Source of the DNA: Alphaproteobacteria bacterium UBA1185
GTDB taxonomy: Bacteria > Pseudomonadota > Alphaproteobacteria > Rs-D84
Length of the DNA stretch: 64,000 nucleotides
Assembly: GCA_002310415.1 (NCBI GenBank)
Contig: DBYN01000006.1
Location: forward strand, 219,249 to 283,248
Direction of reading: 5' to 3'
The notes under the pieces were generated by a model. That model saw nothing but the letters and a program-made list of their open reading frames with translations, ran no database searches and was not told the DNA's origin. A program made the position numbers and the translations under genes. Shown here piece after piece: positions 18,858-27,223 of this stretch (position 1 is its first letter; the number at the start of each line of letters is the position of its first letter).

Positions 18858-20327
18858 TTAATTTCCCATTATCTTTGTTGGACGGTTATCAAATTCAGAT
18901 ATCTCTTCAATATGTTTTGCCAATTGTAACATTTCCATATCTTTGAAACGTGGTGCAACAACTTGCATACCCAATGGTAAACCATTTTGGGTTAAACCGC
19001 ATGGAACAGATACAGCGGGTACACCAGCCAAATTCATGGCAACCGTAAATAAATCCAAAGCATAATATTCCAATGGGGTTAAATCTGAATCCAATGGCAG
19101 GGCGGGGCCACTACTTGATGGACATACGATTAAATCACATTGTTCAAATGCTTTATTGAAAGAATCTGCAATCATACGACGAACACGTGCAGCCTGCATG
19201 AAATAAACATCGTAAGATTCGCTGGATAATACTGCAGTTCCAATCAATAAACGACGTTTGACTTCTTCGCCAAATCCAGCAGCGCGTGTCTTTTTGTATG
19301 TGTCGTTTAAATCTGACCCTTCTACGCGTAACCCATAACGCATACCGTCATAGCGTGCAAGGTTCGAAGATGCTTCTGCTGGTGCGATTATATAATAAGC
19401 CGCCAATGCATCCAAAATATTTGGAATGGACACTTCTACTATTTCTGCACCCATAGATTTCAAATCTGTTACTCGTTTTTCAAACAGTTTTTTCATATCT
19501 TCTGATATTTTAACCGAAGCAAATTCTTTGATAACACCAACACGTAATTTTTTGCCGTTGCCCAAAATTGGTTGCAAATTTCCATCTGTATCAAATTTAG
19601 CATCTGGACTGCTGGTTGAATCTTTTGGGTCATGTCCAGCCATAACAGATAGCAAAAGTGCAGCATCTTCAACTGTTCTTGCAATCGGACCGGGTGTATC
19701 AAGACTTGATGCAAAAGCAACACACCCCCAACGTGAACATAAACCGTATGTTGGTTTTACGCCGACCAATCCGGTAATCGCACAAGGAAAACGAATCGAA
19801 CCACCGGTATCTGTTCCTGTTGCACCAATTGCAAGGCCAGAGGCAACCGCGCTGGTTGAACCACCAGATGACCCACCTGCTGTTAAGCGTTTTTCCAATT
19901 GCCAAGGGCTTACTGGTGCACCAAAGAAACTGGTTTTACTGAATGTTCCCATTGCGAATTCATCCAAATTAGATTTGCCCAAAAGGACTGTTCCTGCATC
20001 AATAAAATGTTGTGATACTGTGGATTCATATTGTGGAACAAAATTTTCAAGCATACGTGATGCCACAGTTGTTCGTATACCACGTGTAGCAAATAAATCT
20101 TTCATAGCAATTGGCATGCCGTCCAATTTTAATGCCGTGCCATTTGCGTATCTTTCATCAGATTTTGATGCGTCACTTAATGCACGTTCTGGTGTTATTG
20201 TGATATAGCAATTCAACTGTTGGCCAAATTTTTCAATGCGTTCCAAATAGCATTTTGTTAATTCTGTGGCAGAAATTGTGTGTTCTTTTAATTTATGAAG
20301 TGCTTCTTTAATTGTTAAATCTATCAT
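18858..20327 (-). CDS. gatA: Glu-tRNA(Gln) amidotransferase subunit A
   Basis: 489 aa. Amidase signature AGGSSGGSTSAVASG with GTDTGGSIR. Confidence 0.92.
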   Translation of the reverse strand: MIDLTIKEALHKLKEHTISATELTKCYLERIEKFGQQLNCYITITPERALSDASKSDERYANGTALKLDGMPIAMKDLFATRGIRTTVASRMLENFVPQYESTVSQHFIDAGTVLLGKSNLDEFAMGTFSKTSFFGAPVSPWQLEKRLTAGGSSGGSTSAVASGLAIGATGTDTGGSIRFPCAITGLVGVKPTYGLCSRWGCVAFASSLDTPGPIARTVEDAALLLSVMAGHDPKDSTSSPDAKFDTDGNLQPILGNGKKLRVGVIKEFASVKISEDMKKLFEKRVTDLKSMGAEIVEVSIPNILDALAAYYIIAPAEASSNLARYDGMRYGLRVEGSDLNDTYKKTRAAGFGEEVKRRLLIGTAVLSSESYDVYFMQAARVRRMIADSFNKAFEQCDLIVCPSSSGPALPLDSDLTPLEYYALDLFTVAMNLAGVPAVSVPCGLTQNGLPLGMQVVAPRFKDMEMLQLAKHIEEISEFDNRPTKIMGN

Positions 20328-20345
20328 TGTATACCACCTGTTGTT

Positions 20346-20639
20346 TTATTCGTCCATAACCTTTGGCACCGCAAAGTAGCCACGTGATACCCCTGTAGTG
20401 TCTGGGTCATTAGCCAATATTTCATTGCGCATATTAGGTTCGGTGACCACGTCTTCACGCAGTGGTAATTTATGTTCTGCGGGGCTTAACATAGGTTTTA
20501 CACCAGTAGTGTCAATTTTTTGTAATTTATCAATCCATTCGACAACAGAATCTATGTTCATTTTGTCCAGTTGTTCGTCAGATACATCAATTTTGATTAA
20601 ATCTGCAAATTTATGTAATTGTTGCTTGCTAAATGCCAT
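20346..20639 (-). CDS. gatC: Asp/Glu-tRNA amidotransferase subunit C
   Basis: 97 aa from ATG 20639 (MAFSKQQLHKFADLIKIDVSDEQL...). Lies upstream of gatA on the same strand. Confidence 0.85.
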   Translation of the reverse strand: MAFSKQQLHKFADLIKIDVSDEQLDKMNIDSVVEWIDKLQKIDTTGVKPMLSPAEHKLPLREDVVTEPNMRNEILANDPDTTGVSRGYFAVPKVMDE

Positions 20640-20677
20640 TTGAAATCCTATTATTTTTACAGTCAAAGGATTATAAC

Positions 20678-21127
20678 ATGATTTTATCAGATTACAAGGA
20701 TTTTCCGCGTATGGGACGCGTTCTGGGACTAGATTGGGGTGCCAGACGGTGTGGGGTTGCGGTATCAGATGAAAAACATGATTTTGTGTTTGTCAGACCG
20801 CAGATAAATATCAAGAATCAGGACGAATTGATAAATATGGTTGTTCAATTGGTTATGAACGAGAAAATTATTGGCATAGTTATTGGATTGCCTTTGCATG
20901 CTGATGGTTCTGATTCAGAAACAACTGTTCAGGTCAAGGCGTTTGCAAATAATTTATCTGAACACACAAATTTACCGATAATTTTTATTGAAGAAAATTT
21001 AACTAGCACGATGGCAGAACAGGAAATGGGGCAGAAATCATGGGTCAAGAAAAAATCAGAAATAGATTCCATGTCCGCTAAAATTATCCTTGAAAACGCA
21101 ATCGCTATATTAAAAAGACTGACATAG
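20678..21127 (+). CDS. ruvX: Holliday-junction resolvase-like nuclease RuvX (YqgF)
   Basis: VLGLDWGARRCGVAVSD N-terminal motif. About 150 aa. RBS AAAGGA precedes ATG 20678. Confidence 0.85.
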   Translation: MILSDYKDFPRMGRVLGLDWGARRCGVAVSDEKHDFVFVRPQINIKNQDELINMVVQLVMNEKIIGIVIGLPLHADGSDSETTVQVKAFANNLSEHTNLPIIFIEENLTSTMAEQEMGQKSWVKKKSEIDSMSAKIILENAIAILKRLT

Positions 21128-21206
21128 GTATAAATATTGTAAAAACTTGATTTATTTAATGTGTTTGTTATACTGGGTTATAATGTGATACAAATAAGGT
21201 TAGAAA

Positions 21207-21557
21207 ATGAAAAAACATTACGAGAGTTATCGTGATTTCTATTTTGCAATTTGTGATGCAAAAACAACAAAAAAAATGCAAAAGGTTATTGATTCCTGTG
21301 AAAATATTGATGTAACAGGTAATAAATATGGTTTTACAGCATTGATGTGTGCGGTTTATTCTGCCAATAGGCAAGTGGCAAAACTACTTCTTGAAAATGG
21401 TGCAAATCCGGAAGCAAAGGATAGTGATGGCCAATCTGTTTTAGTTCTTGCCCCGCAAGGTGAGATTAAAGCGATGGTTTTAAGGGCTATTGTGACAAAA
21501 TATTGGCAAGAAAAACGTTCGGCGCGTATCAATAAATCCCGAGGTTTAGCAAGGTAA
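21207..21557 (+). CDS. ankyrin-repeat protein
   Basis: 116 aa. GFTALMCAVYSANRQVAKLLLENGANPEAKDSDGQSVL matches the ANK consensus (G-TaLh-A...G....v.lLl..GA..n..d). Confidence 0.75.
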   Translation: MKKHYESYRDFYFAICDAKTTKKMQKVIDSCENIDVTGNKYGFTALMCAVYSANRQVAKLLLENGANPEAKDSDGQSVLVLAPQGEIKAMVLRAIVTKYWQEKRSARINKSRGLAR

Positions 21558-21590
21558 TATAAAATACACTATTTGAATTTTAAAAAATTT

Positions 21591-22628
21591 TTAGTCATTT
21601 GTGGCTTCTGCCGGTATATTACCATCTTCTGACAATAACACAGCGATCCAACGGGTAGATTTAAATTGAGCCGTTGTAATATATATGCCAGCCAAAATAG
21701 GGACACTGAAAAACATTCCTGCAATTCCCCAAAGCATACCCCAAAATACTAGGTTAATAAGTATTGCCAATGTTGAGATATTCAGGGTTTTTCCTGTTAA
21801 TTTTGGGTCAAGAATATTGCCAAATACAATTTCAATACCAATTAAAGATGCTGCTGTTAGCAAAGGTAAATGCCAGGTCTCCCCCCCGCTTATAAAAGCG
21901 TATGCAATTGGCATCGCACAGGCAAGAATGGAACCAAGTGTTGGAATATAATTTAATATGAAAATCATAAATGCCCATACACTAGCAAATTCTAATCCGA
22001 TTATTCGTAGTGCAATATACGCAAAGATACCTGTTGCAGCAGAAATAAACGTCTTTGTAAATAGATATTTTTTCATGTGTTCGTCAATGCTGTTTAATAT
22101 ATATCGTAATTTTTTTGACTTTGTTTGAGATGTTGTTAATGAATGTAGTTTGTTGCTAAATGAACTTTGTTCAATGAACATAAAGATTAAATATATCAAT
22201 ACCATGCCAATAGATGTTGCAATACCGGCAAGTGAAGAGGCAACATATGTTGCAATATGTGGTATGTTCGGAATTAAATTTAAATCTAATTTTATACCAA
22301 TTTTAGAAGAAACAAATTCACCAAATGTTAACAGTTTTTGCTGTAATAATGGGGTTGCTTTATATAATTCCCAAAACATAGGTTTTATTTGGGTCGCAAA
22401 TAAAAATATAATTCCGCCAATTGTTGCAAATGATAATATAATAGACAGCCAATTATAAATCTTGGACGGTCTGACATCAGAATCATGATATGGCATAATT
22501 TTTCTGTAATATGTGGCAATTGCATTCAACAAATACCACAAAAATGCTGCAAATAAAATTGGAATAAACAACGAACGTCCTATCCATAAACATAATATCA
22601 AAACGATGCATGTTACAAACTTATTCAT
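21591..22628 (-). CDS. AI-2E family transporter (PerM/YhhT-like permease)
   Basis: 345 aa polytopic membrane protein. The C-terminal region GMLWGIAGMFFSVPILAGIYI is typical of the family. Confidence 0.7.
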   Translation of the reverse strand: MNKFVTCIVLILCLWIGRSLFIPILFAAFLWYLLNAIATYYRKIMPYHDSDVRPSKIYNWLSIILSFATIGGIIFLFATQIKPMFWELYKATPLLQQKLLTFGEFVSSKIGIKLDLNLIPNIPHIATYVASSLAGIATSIGMVLIYLIFMFIEQSSFSNKLHSLTTSQTKSKKLRYILNSIDEHMKKYLFTKTFISAATGIFAYIALRIIGLEFASVWAFMIFILNYIPTLGSILACAMPIAYAFISGGETWHLPLLTAASLIGIEIVFGNILDPKLTGKTLNISTLAILINLVFWGMLWGIAGMFFSVPILAGIYITTAQFKSTRWIAVLLSEDGNIPAEATND

Positions 22629-22631
22629 ATT

Positions 22632-23570
22632 TTATCCTTTGGTTATCATATGGTATAATATGCTGAACACATGATATTTTTGATTAATCACATATATAGT
22701 TAATGCCAACATAATTAAATTAGTGGCTATTGCAATAAAAGCATAACTTTTATGCATTTGTTTTTTGAATTCGTGTTGTTTTGATTGTTTCCAAATTGCA
22801 TATATCAACAGAAGTGATAGTGGAAATAAAAATGTTGCCAAATCATTTGTAAAAAGAATATTAGAAAAGATTATTAAAAATATAAACATAAAGTACGTAT
22901 TTGATTGTGTTTTAAGTGTCCAGTTATTAAACTTGGTGTACCACTTTGATTGAATTTGCAGGTTCGAAGTATGATTTGTTTCATTTGTTAAATAACCCGG
23001 CATCCAAATCATAATGAAAGTGAATGGCATAGATAAAATGATTTTCCATGGTGAAAATCCCATAACCCTGGCGCGCTTATATTTAACACAAATATTAGAT
23101 ATTATAATGCCTAAAACGTACATTGATATTGTTATACGTAATATGGTAAGCATATCAAAAACAAATCGAGATACTAATAAACGTCCTGCTAATGATTTTT
23201 TGAGCAATTCAGGTGCAATATTTGGTACAAACACATCTGATGGAACAAGAAAATTCATAAAGGCACCAGATATTAATAAAAATAATACAGTTAATACTGC
23301 TGTTATTCTATAACCATTAACAATTGCAACAAAATCTTTTTGACTGATATTGTACAAAGGTAAAGATTTTATCAATCTGTACACGCCGAATATAAAAATG
23401 GCAAGCATCGCAAATAACATAGCGTTATTCATGAAAAACGGTTCGTCTAGGGATGGAAATACCACAGGTAACCAGGCAATAGCGACCGCAAGTAACATCC
23501 ATAATGCAAATTTGAGCGGTTTAAAAAACAACCAGGTACTCAATTTTATATTTGTGCTTTCGTTTTTCAT
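22632..23570 (-). CDS. hypothetical polytopic membrane protein
   Basis: 312 aa with about 8 hydrophobic segments. No recognisable motif. Confidence 0.5.
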   Translation of the reverse strand: MKNESTNIKLSTWLFFKPLKFALWMLLAVAIAWLPVVFPSLDEPFFMNNAMLFAMLAIFIFGVYRLIKSLPLYNISQKDFVAIVNGYRITAVLTVLFLLISGAFMNFLVPSDVFVPNIAPELLKKSLAGRLLVSRFVFDMLTILRITISMYVLGIIISNICVKYKRARVMGFSPWKIILSMPFTFIMIWMPGYLTNETNHTSNLQIQSKWYTKFNNWTLKTQSNTYFMFIFLIIFSNILFTNDLATFLFPLSLLLIYAIWKQSKQHEFKKQMHKSYAFIAIATNLIMLALTIYVINQKYHVFSILYHMITKG

Positions 23571-23599
23571 TGTTTTCCCCTTAGTTTAGATAATGCACA

Positions 23600-24277
23600 T
23601 TATACCACAATTTTACCGTTATCCAAAGTGGTTGTTTTGGTTATTCCTAACCTAGATGCAAAATCATCTTGGTGCGATATAAACAAAAATGTAGTATTGG
23701 GCATTTTGTTTATTGTATCAATGATTTGATTTTGTACATCTTTGTCTGCGCCAGAATCTGGTTCATCAAGTATTGCAAATGCGGGTTGTGTCAAAAGTAG
23801 TCTTAGTAACATTATGCGTTTGCGTTCACCCCCAGAAAAACCAACATTTACAGAACGATTTAGCCAATCTTGAGGTATGTGTAGTTGTTCACGTACGGAT
23901 TCCAGTTTTTCAAGAAATCCACCCATGGATAAATCTTTGCCTGTATCATAATGTGTGTGGGCAATCATGGAATGTTTTAAAAAACTTAACAAAGTCAAAC
24001 CATTTATTTCTGGAACATTTTGTGCACCTAAAAAGATTCCACGTAATGCACGATTGGTCGCGTTTTCTTTTGTTATATCCATCCCGTTAAAAATTATATT
24101 ACCAGAATCTATTGTATACATTGGGTTTCCGGCAATTGTGTTTACTAACGTTGATTTTCCAGAACCATTATGTCCGGATAATCTATATCTTGCACCACGT
24201 TCAATGGATATATTTATGTCTTGTAACAATATTTTTTTATCCATAGATACGCAAAGATTTTTTATTTCCAGTATCAT
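23600..24277 (-). CDS. sufC: Fe-S cluster assembly ATPase SufC
   Basis: Walker A GHNGSGKST, signature FSGGERKR, Walker B ILDEPDSG. Lies directly downstream of sufB. Confidence 0.9.
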   Translation of the reverse strand: MILEIKNLCVSMDKKILLQDINISIERGARYRLSGHNGSGKSTLVNTIAGNPMYTIDSGNIIFNGMDITKENATNRALRGIFLGAQNVPEINGLTLLSFLKHSMIAHTHYDTGKDLSMGGFLEKLESVREQLHIPQDWLNRSVNVGFSGGERKRIMLLRLLLTQPAFAILDEPDSGADKDVQNQIIDTINKMPNTTFLFISHQDDFASRLGITKTTTLDNGKIVV

Positions 24278-24281
24278 TTTT

Positions 24282-25622
24282 TTATTCTTTTGTTAAGGCC
24301 ATTTGTATTAATTGTTTTGATTCTACCAAGAATTCCATTGGCAGTCTAGATATTATAGGGGACGCTTGTGAACCAACAATCAGTGCGATGGCTTCATCTG
24401 TACTGATACCACTTTGTTCCAGAAATAACAAAGTTGCCGCATCAATGGCACCCGTTGTCGCTTCGTGTGATTGTTGATTTGTTGCATTCATGTGAATTAC
24501 AGTTGGGATTGTGTTGGCTGTTGCGTTTGTCCCAATAATTCTGGTGTCACATTTGCAAGCATTTATTCCGTTTTTACCGCACATCGAAACAGTGCTGCGG
24601 AATGTTTGACGTGAATTATCAATTGCGATTCCGTATGACACAATATTTGATTTTGTTTCATTTCCAATATGAATCATTTTTGTACCAGTATCCGCCTGTT
24701 GTGTACCACGTGTTATAGTTAATGAATAAAAATCGCTGTGCGATTTATCACCATGCAAAATTGTTGACGGATATTTCCAAGTCATAGCAGAACCAATTTC
24801 AACCTGAGTCCAATCAAGCCCGGCATTTTCATAACATTTTCCACGTTTTGTAACAAAATTTAATATCCCATTTTTATCTGTTGAATTTTTGTTGTGTACA
24901 GCAGAATCTCCTGCATACCAGTTTTGTACAGTAGCATATTTTACATATGCATTATCTTTAACAATTATTTCTACAACTCCACTGTGTAGTTGGTGATTTG
25001 GACGACGTGGAGCACTGCATCCTTCCATATACGATAATGTTGAACCGTTTTCTGCAATAATCAAAGTCCTTTCAAATTGACCTATTTTGGCGGTTTCTAT
25101 TCTGAAATAACTTGCCAAATCAATAGGGCATTTAACGTTATGTGGTATATAGACAAAAGTTCCATCTGAAAATACTGCTGCGTTTAATGCAGCAAAAAAA
25201 TTATCATTATTAGAAACAACAGAACCAAGATATTCTTTGACTAAATCTGGATGTTTTATAACCGCCTCGGACAAAGGTAAAAATATAATTCCTAGTTTAT
25301 TTAATTCTTGGGTGTATGAAGTGTGTACAGATTTGCTGTCTATGACAGTATCTGTTGCCATGCCAAGTAATGCCCGTTGTTCAGATTCAGGTAAACCCAT
25401 TTTTTCATAGGTTGCTTTTAATTCTGAATTATCAATTTGTTGTGGTTCGTTATAATAATTTAATGAATCATAATCAATTTTTGGGTAATCTATTTCTGCC
25501 CAATGTGGCTCTTGCATTTTTTGCCATGTTGTGAACGCATCCAAACGCCACCGTAAAAGCCATTCTGGTTCGTTACGTTGTTTGGATATTTTTCGAATAA
25601 GTTCTGTGTTCAATTTTGTCAT
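24282..25622 (-). CDS. sufB: Fe-S cluster assembly scaffold SufB
   Basis: 446 aa. FERTLIIAENGSTLSYMEGCSAP and the C-terminal beta-helix region are typical of SufB. Confidence 0.9.
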   Translation of the reverse strand: MTKLNTELIRKISKQRNEPEWLLRWRLDAFTTWQKMQEPHWAEIDYPKIDYDSLNYYNEPQQIDNSELKATYEKMGLPESEQRALLGMATDTVIDSKSVHTSYTQELNKLGIIFLPLSEAVIKHPDLVKEYLGSVVSNNDNFFAALNAAVFSDGTFVYIPHNVKCPIDLASYFRIETAKIGQFERTLIIAENGSTLSYMEGCSAPRRPNHQLHSGVVEIIVKDNAYVKYATVQNWYAGDSAVHNKNSTDKNGILNFVTKRGKCYENAGLDWTQVEIGSAMTWKYPSTILHGDKSHSDFYSLTITRGTQQADTGTKMIHIGNETKSNIVSYGIAIDNSRQTFRSTVSMCGKNGINACKCDTRIIGTNATANTIPTVIHMNATNQQSHEATTGAIDAATLLFLEQSGISTDEAIALIVGSQASPIISRLPMEFLVESKQLIQMALTKE

Positions 25623-26159
25623 TTATGAATTAGCTAATGTTTGTGCTTGGGCAAAAAAGGTCAAAGATTGACCCAACAGACCGTCTGTGAATGTGGTTGA
25701 TAAAATACCGTCCGTATCAGTATTTGCCATGTGTTGCAAAAATTGATTTGCACGATTTAAATAATGACTTACATTGTGTGCAATATTCACGTCCAGTTTT
25801 ATTGCACGTCTTAATTTTTCCAAGACAAAAGGATTTTTGGCATATTCGTCCATAATTCCACCCAGTGCGCGCCATAATGGGTGTTCGGATGTATTGCGTG
25901 GCATTATATCAACAGATGCCATAATAGGGATTAAATCCTGTAATAAATCTTGGTAAATTATTTCTGCTTTGTCAGTGGTTTCGTTAACAGAAAATTTGTT
26001 TTTTAACATTTGTTGCATTTTTAGCAAGATGTTATGTTGCAATGTCAGATTTTTAGATAGTATTCGAATTTTATTATTTGTGTTTGTTACTAAAAATACC
26101 GAAACAAGTCCACATATTGTGGTTAGACCGACAAGAATCAAAATTATCAAATTGTCCAT
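25623..26159 (-). CDS. hypothetical membrane-anchored protein
   Basis: 178 aa with a single N-terminal TM (IILILVGLTTICGLVSVFLV). Abuts the sufB start. Confidence 0.5.
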   Translation of the reverse strand: MDNLIILILVGLTTICGLVSVFLVTNTNNKIRILSKNLTLQHNILLKMQQMLKNKFSVNETTDKAEIIYQDLLQDLIPIMASVDIMPRNTSEHPLWRALGGIMDEYAKNPFVLEKLRRAIKLDVNIAHNVSHYLNRANQFLQHMANTDTDGILSTTFTDGLLGQSLTFFAQAQTLANS

Positions 26160-26263
26160 GTTTTTGCCTTGATTTTTGTTTTACAAATCGCAGTATAACA
26201 TGTTTTATCGATTCGTGCGATTTTATCTTGATAATTTTTTTATGAAAATCGTATTTTTAAGTC

Positions 26264-26292
26264 TTGCACAGATTTGGTCAAATTGTTATAAT
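26264..26292 (+). promoter_or_regulatory. near-consensus sigma70-like promoter for the secretin cluster
   Basis: TTGCAC (26264-26269), 17-nt spacer, TATAAT (26287-26292). RBS AGGAAG precedes ATG 26325. Confidence 0.5.
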
Positions 26293-26324
26293 CAAATATA
26301 ATATATCAATAAAAGGAAGAAAAT

Positions 26325-27200
26325 ATGTTCCAAAAAATTTGTTTGTTTGCGACTTTGGCTTGTTTTTCTGGGGTTGCTTTTGGTGTTGAAAAATTGCCTC
26401 AGGTTGTTACATCTGAAGTATTTTATGAATATGAACCTGCACAGTATGCTGTTCAAGAAAAAGAAATTGTTACACAAAATCAGGTTACCCAGGTTCCTGT
26501 ATGGCCACTTGCTGGCTCGGACGCGGATTTTAAGATTGCTTGTGATGATATGGGGTGTGCGGACAATGTCGCACAGCCGGTTGTGGAATATGATTTTAAC
26601 GCAAGTGGTACTGGTTGGTCTGGTGGACCCGATATTGATAACGGTCGTCCTGTTCCGGCTGGGTTTGATAATGAATGTGAAAATAATGCGGAAATGCCAT
26701 TATTAAGACGCGAAATGTTGGAAGATGATGGTGGGGCGGTATTAGCCGTTTCGCGTAGTGCGCGTAAAAAATGTAACAAAAATTCGGATTCGTATGCTGT
26801 ATTTGCGGAACGTGCCGGTTTTGCAGCAGAAAAAACTTGTGATAAATCTGCTGTTGTTGACGAAGCCGAGATAGATGTTATGATTGATACAGATGAAAAG
26901 ATAAGTGAATCTAATGATGAACAGGCACCTGTGAATATTCGTAATCAAGTTCGTTCTTGGGTTGTTGCAAGTGGTCAAACGTTACGTCAGGTTTTACAGT
27001 CTTGGTGCGACAGGGAAGGTTGGGATTTGGTTTGGACTACATCGCGTGAATACCCTATAGAAGCCAGTGCGGTATTCAAAGGTCGCTTTGTGGATGTGGC
27101 ATCTGCGTTGGTTAGAAATTTTGAGCGTGCTACACCAATACCTTATGCGAAATTTTACAAAGGAAATCGTGTAATAGTTGTTTCAACATCGGAAGAATAA
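26325..27200 (+). CDS. TcpQ/PilL-like secretin-associated protein (C-terminal TcpQ-type domain)
   Basis: Signal peptide MFQKICLFATLACFSGVAFG. The C-terminal SWVVASGQTLRQVLQSWCDREGWDLVWTTSREYPIEASAVFKGRFVDVASALVRNF...KFYKGNRVIVV matches my recollection of the TcpQ domain pattern (W-v--G-tL---L--W----GW-lvW ... f-G-f--Av--L ... y-gN-vlvV). Confidence 0.6.
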   Translation: MFQKICLFATLACFSGVAFGVEKLPQVVTSEVFYEYEPAQYAVQEKEIVTQNQVTQVPVWPLAGSDADFKIACDDMGCADNVAQPVVEYDFNASGTGWSGGPDIDNGRPVPAGFDNECENNAEMPLLRREMLEDDGGAVLAVSRSARKKCNKNSDSYAVFAERAGFAAEKTCDKSAVVDEAEIDVMIDTDEKISESNDEQAPVNIRNQVRSWVVASGQTLRQVLQSWCDREGWDLVWTTSREYPIEASAVFKGRFVDVASALVRNFERATPIPYAKFYKGNRVIVVSTSEE

Positions 27201-27223
27201 TTATCATTTGGGACTTGTAGGAG

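Noticed and set aside
19426-20208. 260-aa ORF antisense to gatA. Similar long antisense ORFs occur at 17295-17843 (gatB), 45622-46098 (asmA-like), 39535-40038 (parE), 12765-13331 (tcdA), 36285-36854, 31871-32335 and 9153-9644.
   Set aside because: Each lies fully inside a well-supported gene on the opposite strand. They have no RBS or start context and show low-complexity, odd composition (Ser/Pro/Ile-rich). These are typical shadow ORFs.
21881-21887. C7 homopolymer (G7 on the coding strand) in the AI-2E permease gene, and a second C7 at 50343-50349 in the aldolase gene, as possible phase-variation tracts.
   Set aside because: The tracts are short (7 nt) and sit mid-gene in conserved Gly-Gly-(Glu/Asp) codons of housekeeping-type genes. 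Nothing suggests switching.
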